Origin: Sporomusaceae bacterium
GTDB taxonomy: Bacteria; Bacillota; Negativicutes; UBA1444
Length of the DNA stretch: 64,000 bases
Direction of reading: 5' to 3'
NCBI GenBank assembly: GCA_018434355.1
Contig: JAHDPL010000010.1
Span: 73,164-137,163, forward strand
This document shows, one piece after another, positions 36,643 to 48,136 of this stretch. Position 1 is the stretch's first letter, and each line of letters begins with the position of its first letter. The notes under the pieces were generated by a model. That model was not told where the DNA came from. It saw nothing but the letters and a program-made list of their open reading frames with translations, and did not search any database. A program made the position numbers and the translations under genes.

Positions 36643-39522
36643 ATGAAAGATAGACTTATTATCAAAGGCGCCCGCCAACATAACCTGAAAAACATCGACC
36701 TGGAGATTCCCCGCGACAAATTGGTGGTGCTGACTGGCCTGTCCGGCTCAGGAAAATCATCACTGGCGTTTGATACGATTTATGCCGAAGGGCAACGCCG
36801 CTACGTGGAATCGCTGTCAGCCTATGCCCGGCAGTTCCTCGGCCAGATGGACAAACCGGATGTCGATTATATCGAAGGGCTGTCGCCGGCCATTTCGATC
36901 GACCAAAAGACAACCAGCCGCAACCCGCGCTCCACCGTGGGTACAGTGACCGAAATCTACGATTATCTGCGGTTGCTCTTCGCCCGGGCCGGGCGGCCGC
37001 ACTGCCCGGAATGCGGCGAGCCGATCACCCAGCAAACGGTGCAGCAGATGGTGGATGCGTTGATGAACCAGGGCGAAGGGGCGAAACTGACGCTCTTGGC
37101 GCCGGTGATTCGCGGCAAGAAAGGCGAACACACCAAACTGCTTGATGAAATCCGCAAGGATGGCTACGTGCGGGTGCGCGTCGATGGCGAACTGCGCGAA
37201 CTGAGCGAGGAAATCAAGCTCGACAAGAACAGGAAGCATACATTGGAAGTCGTGATTGACCGGATCGTCGTAAAAGAAAACGCAGCCCGCCGGCTGGCTG
37301 AATCGCTGGAAACGGCGCTGAAACTGGGTGAAGGCCTGGTCAACGTCGATGTGAACGGCGAGCAGGAGCTGACGTTCAGCGAAAACTTTGCCTGCATCGA
37401 TTGCGGGATCAGTCTGCCGGAAATCGCGCCGCGCATGTTCTCGTTCAATACGCCGTATGGCGCTTGTCCGGCCTGCACCGGTCTGGGCGTGAATCTGGAG
37501 ATTGACCCGGAAATGGTCGTGCATGACGGGACAAAGACGATTTCGGACGGCGCAATTGTCGCCGTATCCAGCAATCCGGGGTCCTTTTTCATGTGCCAAC
37601 TGAAAGTGTTGTTGGAGAAGCGCGGTTATTCGCTGGATACGGTGTGGAACGCACTGCCGGATGAAATCCGTGAGTTGGTCCTGAACGGTTCAGAGGGCGA
37701 GCGGCTTTCTTTTGAATATGAGAACCTGTTCGGCGAAGTCAAGACACATTTTACTTCCTATGAAGGGGTATTGCCGATGCTGGCCCGACGGCATCGCGAA
37801 TCGACTTCGGATTCGATGCGGGAAGAAATCGAACGCTATATGACATCAAAACCCTGCCCGGTCTGCCATGGCGCCCGGTTGAAAAAAGAATCGTTGGCGG
37901 TGAAAGTCGGCGGCAAGAACATCCAGGAAATCACCCATCTGACGGTGGGCGAAAGTCAGGCGTTTTTTCAACAACTGCAGCTGTCGGAACGGGAAAAAGC
38001 GATTGCCGTGCAGATCCGCAAGGAAATCGACGCCCGGCTCGGCTTTTTGATCAATGTCGGGCTGGACTACCTGTCGCTGGACCGGGCGGCAGGTACCTTG
38101 TCCGGCGGCGAAGCCCAGCGGATACGCTTGGCGACGCAGATCGGCTCGGGACTGGTCGGGGTGCTGTATATTCTGGATGAACCGAGTATCGGTTTGCATC
38201 AACGCGACAACCGAAAACTGTTGGATGCGCTGCAACGGCTGCGTGATCTCGGCAATACCCTGCTGGTGGTCGAGCATGACGAAGAAACGATGTTCAGCGC
38301 CGACCACATCATCGATATCGGACCAGGCGCCGGGGTGCATGGCGGGCATGTGGTGGCGCAGGGAACGGTCGATGATATCCAGGCCTGCGCCGAATCGATT
38401 ACCGGCCAGTACCTGTCCGGCAAACTGACGATTCAGGTGCCGGAGCGGCGGCGGTCGCCCAACGGCAAGTGGGTGGAAGTGCTCGGTGCGGCGGAAAACA
38501 ATCTGGCCGATATTGATGTGAGGTTTCCACTGGGCGTGTTTACGGCGGTGACCGGCGTTTCCGGCTCAGGCAAGAGTACGTTGGTCAACGAGATTCTTTA
38601 CAAAGCGCTGGCGCAGAAGATTTACGGCGGACGGACCCGACCGGGAGCGCATCGGGAAATTCGCGGCGCGCAATATATCGACAAGATCATCGACATCGAC
38701 CAGTCGCCGATCGGTCGCACACCACGCTCCAATCCGGCGACCTACACCGGCCTGTTCGACTCGGTGCGCGAGCTGTTCAGCCAGACGCCGGAGGCTAAGT
38801 TGCGCGGCTACAAGCCCGGTCGGTTCAGCTTCAATGTCAAAGGCGGTCGCTGCGAGTCCTGCCGCGGCGATGGCATTATCAAGATCGAAATGCATTTTTT
38901 GCCGGATGTCTATGTGCCCTGCGAAGTATGCAAAAGCGCCCGTTACAACCGGGAAACGCTGGATGTGCATTACAAGGGGAAAAACATTGCCCAGGTGCTT
39001 GATATGGTGGTGGACGAAGCGCTTGAGTTCTTTGCCAATCTGCCGAAATTGCAGCGGAAGCTGCAGGTGCTGCATGACGTGGGTCTAGGCTATATCAAAC
39101 TGGGCCAGCCGGCGACGACACTGTCCGGCGGCGAAGCGCAGCGGGTCAAGTTGTCGACCGAGCTGGCTCGCCGCAGCACAGGCAAGACACTGTACATTCT
39201 CGATGAACCGACCACAGGTCTGCACATGGCTGACGTGCACCGACTGCTGGAAGTGCTGGACCGTCTGGTCGATGCAGGGGATACGGTGGTAGTTATCGAA
39301 CATAATCTCGATGTGATCAAACGGGCTGACCATGTGATTGACCTGGGGCCGGAAGGCGGTCTGCGCGGCGGCCGGGTGATTGCAGCCGGAACGCCGGAAC
39401 ATTTGACGACGGTGGCGGAATCCTATACCGGCCAATATCTGAAACCGGTATTGCCGGTGCAGGAAATAGCAGCCCCGGCGAAAAAACAGCGAAAGAATAG
39501 CAAGAAAAGTGCGGTGTCATGA
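36643..39522 (+). CDS. uvrA: Excinuclease ABC subunit A.
   Basis: 959 aa. Two ABC ATPase modules and zinc-finger CxxC motifs. Confidence 0.95.
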   Translation: MKDRLIIKGARQHNLKNIDLEIPRDKLVVLTGLSGSGKSSLAFDTIYAEGQRRYVESLSAYARQFLGQMDKPDVDYIEGLSPAISIDQKTTSRNPRSTVGTVTEIYDYLRLLFARAGRPHCPECGEPITQQTVQQMVDALMNQGEGAKLTLLAPVIRGKKGEHTKLLDEIRKDGYVRVRVDGELRELSEEIKLDKNRKHTLEVVIDRIVVKENAARRLAESLETALKLGEGLVNVDVNGEQELTFSENFACIDCGISLPEIAPRMFSFNTPYGACPACTGLGVNLEIDPEMVVHDGTKTISDGAIVAVSSNPGSFFMCQLKVLLEKRGYSLDTVWNALPDEIRELVLNGSEGERLSFEYENLFGEVKTHFTSYEGVLPMLARRHRESTSDSMREEIERYMTSKPCPVCHGARLKKESLAVKVGGKNIQEITHLTVGESQAFFQQLQLSEREKAIAVQIRKEIDARLGFLINVGLDYLSLDRAAGTLSGGEAQRIRLATQIGSGLVGVLYILDEPSIGLHQRDNRKLLDALQRLRDLGNTLLVVEHDEETMFSADHIIDIGPGAGVHGGHVVAQGTVDDIQACAESITGQYLSGKLTIQVPERRRSPNGKWVEVLGAAENNLADIDVRFPLGVFTAVTGVSGSGKSTLVNEILYKALAQKIYGGRTRPGAHREIRGAQYIDKIIDIDQSPIGRTPRSNPATYTGLFDSVRELFSQTPEAKLRGYKPGRFSFNVKGGRCESCRGDGIIKIEMHFLPDVYVPCEVCKSARYNRETLDVHYKGKNIAQVLDMVVDEALEFFANLPKLQRKLQVLHDVGLGYIKLGQPATTLSGGEAQRVKLSTELARRSTGKTLYILDEPTTGLHMADVHRLLEVLDRLVDAGDTVVVIEHNLDVIKRADHVIDLGPEGGLRGGRVIAAGTPEHLTTVAESYTGQYLKPVLPVQEIAAPAKKQRKNSKKSAVS

Positions 39523-41363
39523 ACAAAGGCGAAGATCAAAACGAATACCAGGCTGCTAAAGCGGAATTAACGGCGCAGGTCGCACTGCTGCCTGACAAGC
39601 CCGGAGTTTATCTGATGCGGGATCAGGCCGGCAAGATCATTTATGTCGGCAAGGCTGTGAATCTGAAAAACCGGGTGCGGTCTTATTTCCAGCAGCGCGG
39701 CCTCAGTGTCAAAACCGAAGCGTTGGTGGCGCGGATCGCCAGCTTTGAGACGATTGTCACGGCAACCGAGATGGAAGCGCTGATTCTCGAATGCAATCTG
39801 ATCAAAAAACACCGACCGCGATACAATATCAGCCTGCGTGACGACAAAACATACCCATTCATCAAGGTGACGTTGAACGAGGCATTCCCTCGGGTTTATG
39901 CGACGCGCCGACTGGAAAAGGACGGCGCCAAATACTATGGCCCTTATGCCAGCGCCGGGGCGATGCATGAGACGATTTCGCTGCTGAAGAAGTTGTTTCC
40001 GCTGCGCAGTTGTCGCAGCATGGATGCGCAGAGGCCCTGTCTGGAATATCATATCGAGCGCTGTCTGGCGCCTTGCGCCGGATTGGTCGACCAGAAAACC
40101 TATATGGAAATGGTCAAGACGGTCTGTTTGTTTTTGGAAGGCCGTTCGGCCGATGTGGAAAAAGATCTAAAACGGCGAATGTTGGCGGCCTCGGATGAGT
40201 TGAAGTTTGAACAGGCCGGACGACTGCGCGATCAGCTGACTGCGGTGCGACAGGTGATGGAAAAACAGAACATCGTTACTGGCGCCGGAGATCAGGATGT
40301 GCTCGGTCTGGCCCGACTTGGCAGCCAATCCTGTGTGCAGGTGTTCTTCATCCGTAGCGGCAAAATGGTTGGCCGGGATAGATTTATGCTGTCCGGCGGC
40401 GACAATGAGACAGATGGCGATGTATTGGCAGCTTTTGTAAAACAGTACTATAACGAAGCCGCGTTTATTGCCCGGGAAATATTGACGCCGGTGGTTTTGC
40501 CTGAAAGCGAGCTGCTGGCAAACTGGCTGAGTGAACGTAAAGGCGGCGCGGTTCACCTGCTGACGCCGCAGCGGGGCAGTAAACGCGAGCTGGTCCAGTT
40601 GGCAACCGACAATGCAGCTGAGTACCTCAGGCAGCGTAATGAACGTGACGCGGTAAAGCATGGAAAAAGCACAGCGGCGATGGAAGAACTGGCGCAGCGG
40701 TTGTCGCTGGCGCGGTTGCCGAAGCGGATCGAATGCTTTGATATTTCCCACATCCAAGGCGCGGAAACGGTGGCATCGATGGTCGTGTTCACTGGCGGCG
40801 AGCCGGACAAGGCCGAATATCGGCGTTTCAAACTGAGAACGGTCGAAGGCAGCCCGGACGACTTTGCGTCGATGCAGGAAGTGACGTTGCGGCGTTACCG
40901 GGAGGCAACCGAACCGTTGCCGGACCTGATCGTGATCGACGGCGGCAAAGGGCAGTTGTCATCGGCGCTGGAAGTGATCCGTGGCGTTGGTTTAAACGAA
41001 ATTCCCGTGATCGGCCTAGCCAAGGAATTTGAACATATCTTTCGGGAAAACATCAGTGAACCTTTGATTTTGCCGCGCCACTCCGAAGCTTTGCGGCTGA
41101 TCCAGCAGATTCGCGATGAAGCCCATCGTTTTGCCGTGACGTATCACCGCAAACTGCGAGCCAAACGCAATATGGTTTCGGTGCTCGATCACATCAAGGG
41201 GATCGGAGCCAAGCGCCGTCAGGCGCTGTGGAAGCATTTCGGCGCATTGGAGAAGATGCGCGCCGCGTCAGTGGAAGACCTGGCCGCGGCGCCTGGCATG
41301 AACGTAACGGCGGCGACAGCCGTCTGGCAGTTTTTTCACGCCCGGGAAAAGGTGCAGTGTTAA
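39519..41363 (+). CDS. uvrC: Excinuclease ABC subunit C.
   Basis: N-terminal GIY-YIG domain ([25 protein letters not shown]). C-terminal RNaseH-like and HhH regions. Overlaps the uvrA stop. Confidence 0.95.
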   Translation: MNKGEDQNEYQAAKAELTAQVALLPDKPGVYLMRDQAGKIIYVGKAVNLKNRVRSYFQQRGLSVKTEALVARIASFETIVTATEMEALILECNLIKKHRPRYNISLRDDKTYPFIKVTLNEAFPRVYATRRLEKDGAKYYGPYASAGAMHETISLLKKLFPLRSCRSMDAQRPCLEYHIERCLAPCAGLVDQKTYMEMVKTVCLFLEGRSADVEKDLKRRMLAASDELKFEQAGRLRDQLTAVRQVMEKQNIVTGAGDQDVLGLARLGSQSCVQVFFIRSGKMVGRDRFMLSGGDNETDGDVLAAFVKQYYNEAAFIAREILTPVVLPESELLANWLSERKGGAVHLLTPQRGSKRELVQLATDNAAEYLRQRNERDAVKHGKSTAAMEELAQRLSLARLPKRIECFDISHIQGAETVASMVVFTGGEPDKAEYRRFKLRTVEGSPDDFASMQEVTLRRYREATEPLPDLIVIDGGKGQLSSALEVIRGVGLNEIPVIGLAKEFEHIFRENISEPLILPRHSEALRLIQQIRDEAHRFAVTYHRKLRAKRNMVSVLDHIKGIGAKRRQALWKHFGALEKMRAASVEDLAAAPGMNVTAATAVWQFFHAREKVQC

Positions 41364-41421
41364 AACCGGACTGGCAAAAAACGGCGGTTTTGGTTACAAT
41401 AGAATAGACGGGGGTGGAGAT

Positions 41422-41961
41422 ATGTTTGCCCGCAACCTGTTTATTGCCGGAGTAACTGCCATGGTCGGCGCGATCGCCTTGATTGCGCTCGATTGGCGAA
41501 CGCAGCAACTGGAAAAGCTCATTTCGTACCAACGGATTGAATCTGTTGGTGAGACGATGGGAAAACTGGCTGTACTGATGGTGCTGGCGGCAATTCTGTA
41601 CTACCTGGCACGGGAAGCGTTTGTCCAGGCACGGACTAATAAACTGAAACTGCCTGCTTGGCTGGAGAGCAACGCTGTCCGGTTCATCGGCTGGTTGCGA
41701 CTGACGCATCCGCTGTTCGGCCTGCTGGTGCTTTCGCTGGTGTTATTGCATGGCTACCTCATGTGGTGGGTCTGGGCCGCAGGAAATTTCAACCTGGCGG
41801 TTCTTAGCGGGATCGCCGCAGCGGCGATGCTGGGGCTGCTTGCGCTGATCGGCGGAATGATCCGTCTGCTGCCGAAGCGGATAACGCTGCGACTATTGCA
41901 TCGGTTTGTTGGTTTTGGCTTTGTTCTGCTGTTGGTAGTGCACCGGATACTGGCTGATTAA
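41422..41961 (+). CDS. Small polytopic membrane protein of unknown function.
   Basis: 179 aa with 4-5 predicted TM helices. An extended -10 promoter (TGGTTACAAT) lies upstream. Confidence 0.5.
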   Translation: MFARNLFIAGVTAMVGAIALIALDWRTQQLEKLISYQRIESVGETMGKLAVLMVLAAILYYLAREAFVQARTNKLKLPAWLESNAVRFIGWLRLTHPLFGLLVLSLVLLHGYLMWWVWAAGNFNLAVLSGIAAAAMLGLLALIGGMIRLLPKRITLRLLHRFVGFGFVLLLVVHRILAD

Positions 41962-41986
41962 TTTTCTGAACGAAAGGAAGAAAACG

Positions 41987-42550
41987 ATGAGTAAATCTAC
42001 AATTATCCTGATTGCCGTGATCGCGGTCGTGGGAATGTTCGGCATGACGCTGATGTCTTCGTATAATGGTCTGGTGGCCGCCCAAGAACAGGTGAACGGC
42101 AAATGGAGCCAGATCGATACGATGCTGCAGCGGCGGGCCGACTTGATCCCGAACCTAGTCAATACAGTCAAAGGGTTCGCTGCCCAAGAGAAAAGCGTGA
42201 TCGACTCGGTGACTAATGCCCGGGCCAAATTGGCCGGCGCGCAGGGACCCGCCGCCCGCGGCGAGGCGAACAATGAGCTGAGCGGGGCGTTATCCCGGTT
42301 GCTGGTGGTCGTGGAAAATTATCCCCAACTCAAGTCTGACAAGACTTTTGCCGGTCTGATGGATGAACTGGCCGGTACCGAAAACCGGATCTCCGTGGCG
42401 CGTCGCGATTACAACGACGCAGTACAGTCCTTCAACACCCGGATCAAGACTTTCCCGACGAGCATTATCGCCGGCATGTTCGGCTTTTCGGCCAAAGAAT
42501 ATTTCCGGGCAGAAGAAGGTGCAAAACAGGTTCCTGCCGTTAAATTCTGA
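41987..42550 (+). CDS. LemA family protein.
   Basis: N-terminal TM helix. The motif YNGLVAAQEQVNGKWSQIDTMLQRRADLIPNLV is typical of LemA. Confidence 0.8.
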   Translation: MSKSTIILIAVIAVVGMFGMTLMSSYNGLVAAQEQVNGKWSQIDTMLQRRADLIPNLVNTVKGFAAQEKSVIDSVTNARAKLAGAQGPAARGEANNELSGALSRLLVVVENYPQLKSDKTFAGLMDELAGTENRISVARRDYNDAVQSFNTRIKTFPTSIIAGMFGFSAKEYFRAEEGAKQVPAVKF

Positions 42551-43314
42551 TGTTTAAGCGCTTAACCGCCTGGTTTGCCTTTGCTTTCTGCATCTGGCTG
42601 CTGGCGTTGCCGGCCGAAGCGGCGCCAAAGATTCCGCCGGTTCCGACGCGGGATATTTATGCCCAGGATTACGCCAATGTGTTGTCCAAAGAAACCGAAA
42701 GTCGGATCAATCGGCTCAGCACAGAGTTGCAGTCCCGTACCGGGGCGCAAATTGCGGTGGTGACGATTCCTTCGCTGGAAGGCGAGGCGATCGAAGAATA
42801 CAGTTTGGCATTGTTCCGCAAATGGGGCATCGGCGACCGCAAAAAAAACAATGGTGTATTGATCTTGGTTGCGGTGGCGGAAAAAAAGTCGCGGATCGAA
42901 ATCGGCTACGGTCTGGAGGGGGCGTTGCCTGACGCCAAGACCGGCCGGATTCAGGACGAAGCGATGCGCCCGGCGATTGCGGCCGGCGACTTCAATGCCG
43001 CACTGATGAATGGATACCTGACTGTTTTTCAGGAAGTCGCCAAGGAGTATAATTTTCAGATCAAGGCTCAACCTCGTTCCAGTCCTCGTCAACGCGACGT
43101 AAGCTCCGGCTGGGATGCCCTGCCCTGGTGGCTGAAAATGCTGATTGGCGCTGGTCTGATCCTGTTACTGTTGATCGATTGGTTCGTGTTGGGCGGTTTT
43201 TTCACCCGACTGTTCTTCATCCTGGCATCATCAGGACGCGGTGGCGGCGGTGGCTGGTCCGGCGGCGGAGGGTTTGGCGGCGGTTCCGGCGGTGGAGGAG
43301 GCTCCAGCCGCTAG
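42550..43314 (+). CDS. TPM domain (YgcG-like) protein with a C-terminal TM helix and a Gly-rich tail.
   Basis: Signal peptide. TPM block ([10 protein letters not shown]...[15 protein letters not shown]...[25 protein letters not shown]). [22 protein letters not shown] tail. Confidence 0.75.
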   Translation: MFKRLTAWFAFAFCIWLLALPAEAAPKIPPVPTRDIYAQDYANVLSKETESRINRLSTELQSRTGAQIAVVTIPSLEGEAIEEYSLALFRKWGIGDRKKNNGVLILVAVAEKKSRIEIGYGLEGALPDAKTGRIQDEAMRPAIAAGDFNAALMNGYLTVFQEVAKEYNFQIKAQPRSSPRQRDVSSGWDALPWWLKMLIGAGLILLLLIDWFVLGGFFTRLFFILASSGRGGGGGWSGGGGFGGGSGGGGGSSR

Positions 43315-43385
43315 GCTGCCTTAACCATATTGGCCATGGTGGCATGGCGAATCATCAAATCAACAAAAGAAAAGGAGCGATGAAA

Positions 43386-43544
43386 ATGCAAAAGTATGTC
43401 TGCACCGTCTGTGGTTACGTCTATGATCCGGCCGAGGGAGATCCCGACCATGGGATCGCGCCGGGCACTGCATGGGAAAACGTGTCGGAAGACTGGGTCT
43501 GCCCGGTTTGCGGCGTGAACAAGGATCAATTCGAGGCCGAATAA
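43386..43544 (+). CDS. Rubredoxin.
   Basis: [50 protein letters not shown]. Alternative ATG at 43380. Confidence 0.85.
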   Translation: MQKYVCTVCGYVYDPAEGDPDHGIAPGTAWENVSEDWVCPVCGVNKDQFEAE

Positions 43545-43663
43545 TCGAGTGATAAAGCGACAGAAGAGGGGCCGTGCGGGAAACTTAGCGATAAGTTCTC
43601 GGCGGCTCCTTTCGTATGGTACAATTTAACACAGCAAGAATTTTCGGACGGAGGCATCAGTCA

Positions 43664-44791
43664 ATGATCAAACGACAAGTAGCGCCACGTACAGTAGTGG
43701 AAACCATCAAGCCCTACGCACCAGGCTGGCCGGACCGCACGCCGGCCGAGCTGTGCCGTCTTTTGGACCGCAGCGAGGTCGCCAAGTTATCCTTTAACGA
43801 AAGTCCCTATGGACCTTCGCCGAAGGCGGTCCAGGCAATGCAACAGGCCGCCTGTCAGGTGCATCTTTACTATGATATGGAAGCCAAGGCGCTGCGGCAG
43901 AAAATCGCTGAACGCAGCGGCGTAGCTATCGATAACGTGTATATCGGCAATGGCGGCGACGAGGCGATCGCGCTGTTGGTGAACGCATTCGTCGCACCCG
44001 GCGACGAAGTGGTGTTGCCCTGGCCTACTTTCGGTCAATACGCCAACGCCACGACGATCATGGACGGTGTGCCGGTGAAAGTGCCGGTGCGTGAAGGCGA
44101 TTTGATGGCCGACCTGCCGGCGATGCTGGCAGCGATTACCCCGCGTACAAAAATCGTTTTTCTCTGCAATCCGAATAATCCGACAGGCGTTGTCGTGGGC
44201 GGCGCGGAGTTGCGGGCGTTTTTGGCGGCGATTCCGTCCACTGTCCTGGTGGGGCTGGATGAAGCCTATATCGATTATGTCGCCGACGATGCGTTTGTCA
44301 CCGGCGTCTCGCTGCTGGACGAATTTCCCAATGTGGTGACGATCCGGACATTTTCCAAAGTCTATGGCCTGGCGGGGATGCGGGTCGGTTACGGCATCGG
44401 TCATAGTGATGTCGTGACTCTGGTGCAGCGAGTTCGACCTCTGTTCAACGTCAATACTTTGGCCCAGTTCGGCGCGATGGCGGCGCTCGACGATGCGGAG
44501 TTCGTCGAGCTGTCGGTGCGGCAGAATGCGGCGCAACGGCAATGGCTAAGTGAACGACTGACGGAGCTGGGTTGGCGGGTATTGCCATCGCAGACCAATT
44601 TCATTTTTGTTGATACAGGAATGGATGCAGCGCCGCTGGCTGATGCGGCCCGGGCCGCCGGGTTCATCATCAGGGCAGGCGCCGGTTGGGGTTTTCCGAG
44701 TTTTCTGCGGATTTCGCTCGGCACGCCGCAGCAAAACGCCGCGTTGGTCGAAGTGTTAAAAAAATTGCCAATGCAGCAGGAAAATCGATAA
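43664..44791 (+). CDS. Histidinol-phosphate / aromatic aminotransferase family protein (HisC-like class II aminotransferase).
   Basis: LSFNESPYGPSP, NPNNPTG, FSKVYGLAGMRVGY. 375 aa. The only his-type gene in the window. Confidence 0.65.
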   Translation: MIKRQVAPRTVVETIKPYAPGWPDRTPAELCRLLDRSEVAKLSFNESPYGPSPKAVQAMQQAACQVHLYYDMEAKALRQKIAERSGVAIDNVYIGNGGDEAIALLVNAFVAPGDEVVLPWPTFGQYANATTIMDGVPVKVPVREGDLMADLPAMLAAITPRTKIVFLCNPNNPTGVVVGGAELRAFLAAIPSTVLVGLDEAYIDYVADDAFVTGVSLLDEFPNVVTIRTFSKVYGLAGMRVGYGIGHSDVVTLVQRVRPLFNVNTLAQFGAMAALDDAEFVELSVRQNAAQRQWLSERLTELGWRVLPSQTNFIFVDTGMDAAPLADAARAAGFIIRAGAGWGFPSFLRISLGTPQQNAALVEVLKKLPMQQENR

Positions 44792-44848
44792 CAAGCGCGA
44801 ATTAATATTTCTGTGCTTTAGTACAATAAAGAAAGAAAAGGTGAGAAC

Positions 44849-45859
44849 ATGAACAAAAGACTCGCAATCCTGCTGACTGTCCTGTTGCTGGTCGCCGTCG
44901 TGGCCGGCTGCGGCAAATCGGAACCGGCAAAACCGGCGCAACCGGCTGCCAAAGCTGAACCGATCATCATCGCCTATACCCCGTGGAACGGTTATGGCGC
45001 CCTGTTTGTCGCGGCAGAGAAAGGCATGTTCAAGGCCAAGGGCCTCGATGTGCAAATCCAGTCGATCGAAGATGTCGGCGCCCGCAAACAATCGATCGTT
45101 GCCAAGAAGATTCAGGGCATGGCCGCTTCGGTTGACGTATCTGTCGCCGCGATTGGACAAGGAGTGCCGATCAAGTTCGTCTGGGCGTTCGACGCTTCGG
45201 CCGGTGCTGACGGCTTGCTCGTGACCAAAGCCAGCGGCATCAAATCCGTGGCCGATCTTAAAGGCAAAGAGGTCGCCTATCACAAAGGGTCCTCGTCCCA
45301 TCTGTATCTGACCACCATTTTGAAAAAAGCCGGTTTGAAAGACGCCGATGTCAAATCGGTGGAAATGAAAGCCAGTGAAGCCGCCAGCGCACTGATGGCC
45401 GGCAAGGTACCCGCCGCCGTGACCTGGGAGCCGCATCTGACCAAGGCTGCCGCCGCCGGCAACATCATTCTCTCCACCACCAAGGACACTCCGGCGCTGA
45501 TTGCCGACGTTCTGGCGCTGCACGAAGACTTTGTCAAGAGCAGTCCGGATAAAGTCCAGGCTTTGGTGGCAGCCATGTCGGAAGCCACTGATTTCATCCA
45601 GAAAAATCCGGCCGAAGCCGCCAAAATCATGGCGACCGTGCTGAAGGAGAAGCCGGAGGAAACCCTCGAAGGCAACAAGACGATCCAATTTTACAACCTA
45701 AAGGACAATGTCGCTCTGTTTGGTACGCCGGAAAAACCGGGCGCGCTGCAGGAAGTGGCCAAAATTGCCGGCGAATTCTACGTCGGGCAAAAAATCCTGA
45801 CCAAAGTGCCAGATACTTCCAAAGTATTTGACAGCACTTTTATCAACAAGATAAAATAA
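44849..45859 (+). CDS. ABC transporter substrate-binding lipoprotein (NMT1/SsuA/TauA-like nitrate/sulfonate/bicarbonate family).
   Basis: Lipobox LVAVVAGC. Periplasmic binding fold typical of the SsuA family. Confidence 0.7.
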   Translation: MNKRLAILLTVLLLVAVVAGCGKSEPAKPAQPAAKAEPIIIAYTPWNGYGALFVAAEKGMFKAKGLDVQIQSIEDVGARKQSIVAKKIQGMAASVDVSVAAIGQGVPIKFVWAFDASAGADGLLVTKASGIKSVADLKGKEVAYHKGSSSHLYLTTILKKAGLKDADVKSVEMKASEAASALMAGKVPAAVTWEPHLTKAAAAGNIILSTTKDTPALIADVLALHEDFVKSSPDKVQALVAAMSEATDFIQKNPAEAAKIMATVLKEKPEETLEGNKTIQFYNLKDNVALFGTPEKPGALQEVAKIAGEFYVGQKILTKVPDTSKVFDSTFINKIK

Positions 45860-45876
45860 GACGATAAACAGCGGAG

Positions 45877-45926
45877 GGGCTGTGGAAGAGGCGTCTGAAG
45901 CCGTTTTTCACAGCCCTTTTTTCTTT
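45877..45926 (+). terminator. Hairpin with a T-tract between the substrate-binding protein and permease genes (intra-operon attenuator or terminator).
   Basis: GGGGCTGTG...CACAGCCC followed by TTTTTTCTTTT. Confidence 0.6.
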
Positions 45927-45970
45927 TGGCCGCGACAGGACAGGTTTTCTGTTGCAGCGATTCTGGATGG

Positions 45971-46786
45971 ATGGTGATTTTATTGGCGACGCAAAAATGG
46001 GCCACCGCCAAAGCGGAAATTGCGCGACCTTTGTATTGGTCGTTGGCGGCGGCTGCATTTGTTCTTTTGCTTTTGGTTTGGTCGGTGTTGACTTACGGTG
46101 GACATGTGCCGCCGCTGTTCCTGCCGGCGCCTGACGAGATCGTGCGGGCGGCCGGGTTGTTGTTTGGTGAATTTGACCTGATGCAGGACATTTACGCCAG
46201 CGTGCTAAGGGTGACATCAGGCTTTCTGCTGGCTGCCGTCATTGGTGTGCCGCTGGGCATCATGATGGGCAGTCTGAAAGTGTGTGAAGCCTTCTTTGAA
46301 CCTTTTCTCGGCTTTATCCGCTATATGCCGGCATCGGCGTTTATCCCGCTGTTTATCCTCTGGTTGGGGATTGGCGAAACCGAAAAAATTGCCGTGATAT
46401 TCTTCGGAACCTTTTTCCAGATGACACTGATGGTCATGGATGTGACGAAAAACGTGTCGCAGGAATTGATTGACACGTCTTATACATTGGGCGTATCGAA
46501 ACGCAGCGTGTTTTGGCGGATCATTCTGCCGGCCAGCCTGCCGGGAATTGTCGATACGCTCCGCATCACCTTCGGCTGGGCCTGGACCTATCTGGTGGTG
46601 GCTGAAATCGTAGCAGCAAGCTCCGGCCTGGGTTATATGATCATGCAGTCGCAGCGATTTCTCAAGACCTCCCATATCATCGTGGGTATATTGGTTATCG
46701 GCGTGATCGGCATCATTATCGACCTGCTGTTCAAATGGCTGTATGGACGGCTATTCCCCTGGATGGGCAAGGGAGGCGCCGCGTAA
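45971..46786 (+). CDS. ABC transporter permease (sulfonate/nitrate/taurine family).
   Basis: Six TM helices. EAA-like loop. 271 aa from the ATG at 45971. Confidence 0.75.
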   Translation: MVILLATQKWATAKAEIARPLYWSLAAAAFVLLLLVWSVLTYGGHVPPLFLPAPDEIVRAAGLLFGEFDLMQDIYASVLRVTSGFLLAAVIGVPLGIMMGSLKVCEAFFEPFLGFIRYMPASAFIPLFILWLGIGETEKIAVIFFGTFFQMTLMVMDVTKNVSQELIDTSYTLGVSKRSVFWRIILPASLPGIVDTLRITFGWAWTYLVVAEIVAASSGLGYMIMQSQRFLKTSHIIVGILVIGVIGIIIDLLFKWLYGRLFPWMGKGGAA

Positions 46787-47580
46787 TGGAAAATAAACTG
46801 TGCATTGAAAACGTATCGAAAGTGTTTCTAGAAAAAAACGCCACGGTGACTGCGCTGCAAAACACCAGTTTTTGTGTGGCGGAAAGCGAATTTGTCACGA
46901 TTCTCGGCCCTTCCGGCTGCGGCAAATCGACGATTTTACGGATCATCGCCGGACTGGAAGAAGCGTCAAGCGGCCGGGTGCTGCTCGATGGCAAGGAGAT
47001 CAAAGAACCTGGCAAGGATCGCGGTATGGTGTTTCAGGCCTACACGCTGTTTCCCTGGCTGACGGTCGAGGAAAATATCGCTTTTGGCCTGAATGTGGCC
47101 GGTCGTTCGCGCAGCGATCAACAGGATGCGGTGAAATTTTACATCGAACGAATCGGGTTGAAGGGGTTTGAAAAGGCATATCCGCGCAAACTTTCCGGCG
47201 GTATGAAGCAACGGGTGGCGATTGCCCGGGCGCTTGCCAATGATCCGGAAGTGTTGTTGATGGACGAGCCGTTCGGCGCGCTCGATGCGCAGACCCGGTC
47301 GGTGATGCAGGAACTGCTGCTGTCGGTATGGGACGAGTCGCACAAGACGATTTTGTTTGTGACGCACGATGTCGAGGAAGCGGTGTTCATCGGCGACACC
47401 ATCTATGTGATGACGGCCCGGCCAGGAAAAATAAAAGCCCGGATTGCCGTTGACCTGCCAACCAAACGGACCTATGATTTGAAATTGACGGAACAGTTTT
47501 TGACCATCAAGCGCGATGTGTTGGAACTGATCCGCGAAGAGGCCTGGAAGGCAGCAAACGCGAATTTGCCGGAGGGGTGA
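46786..47580 (+). CDS. ABC transporter ATP-binding protein.
   Basis: Walker A GPSGCGKST. Signature LSGGMKQR. Walker B LLMDEPFGALD. TAATG overlap with the permease gene. Confidence 0.85.
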   Translation: MENKLCIENVSKVFLEKNATVTALQNTSFCVAESEFVTILGPSGCGKSTILRIIAGLEEASSGRVLLDGKEIKEPGKDRGMVFQAYTLFPWLTVEENIAFGLNVAGRSRSDQQDAVKFYIERIGLKGFEKAYPRKLSGGMKQRVAIARALANDPEVLLMDEPFGALDAQTRSVMQELLLSVWDESHKTILFVTHDVEEAVFIGDTIYVMTARPGKIKARIAVDLPTKRTYDLKLTEQFLTIKRDVLELIREEAWKAANANLPEG

Positions 47581-47585
47581 GCAAA

Positions 47586-48101
47586 ATGACGAGAAAATTG
47601 GCCTGGATCCGGATTGAACGGGGAATCTTGGCCTCGATATGGTCTGAGCAGGGTTTGTACGAGTTGACCTTTCCTTATCCCTCGCAGCAGGAAGCGAAGA
47701 CGCACCTGACGACAAGCGGACTCAGCGAAGTGGCGCTGACGCCGGCTCAGCAACAGTGGCTGAAGCTGCTTACCGATCAGTTGCAGGAGTATTTCAGCGG
47801 CAAACCGGTTGCTTTCAGCGTACCGATCGATTGGACCGGCTACAGCGAGTTTCGCTTGAAAGCCTTGCAATTCACGGCGGCGATTCCAACCGGACAGGTC
47901 GCGACGTATGGCGGGGTTGCTGCGGCGGTCGGACGGCCGGGTGCGGCGCGGGCCGTGGGCGGCGCGATGCATGCGAACCGAACGCCGATCGTAGTTCCCT
48001 GTCACCGGGTGATCGGCTCGGATGGCAGTCTGACCGGATTTGGCGGCGGACTGACGTTAAAGCAGGAACTGTTGGGCCTGGAACAGAAAAAGACTGAATA
48101 G
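47586..48101 (+). CDS. ogt: Methylated-DNA--protein-cysteine methyltransferase (Ogt).
   Basis: Active site IVVPCHRVIGSDGSLTGF and TYGGVAAAVGRPGAARAVG. Confidence 0.8.
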   Translation: MTRKLAWIRIERGILASIWSEQGLYELTFPYPSQQEAKTHLTTSGLSEVALTPAQQQWLKLLTDQLQEYFSGKPVAFSVPIDWTGYSEFRLKALQFTAAIPTGQVATYGGVAAAVGRPGAARAVGGAMHANRTPIVVPCHRVIGSDGSLTGFGGGLTLKQELLGLEQKKTE

Positions 48102-48136
48102 AAACAGTGTGAATCACCCATATAATAGGAGACGAC

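Noticed and set aside
43128-43544. 138-aa extended ORF upstream of rubredoxin.
   Set aside because: The upstream part merely lacks a stop codon and overlaps the TPM gene's end. The rubredoxin homology and RBS begin at 43380/43386.
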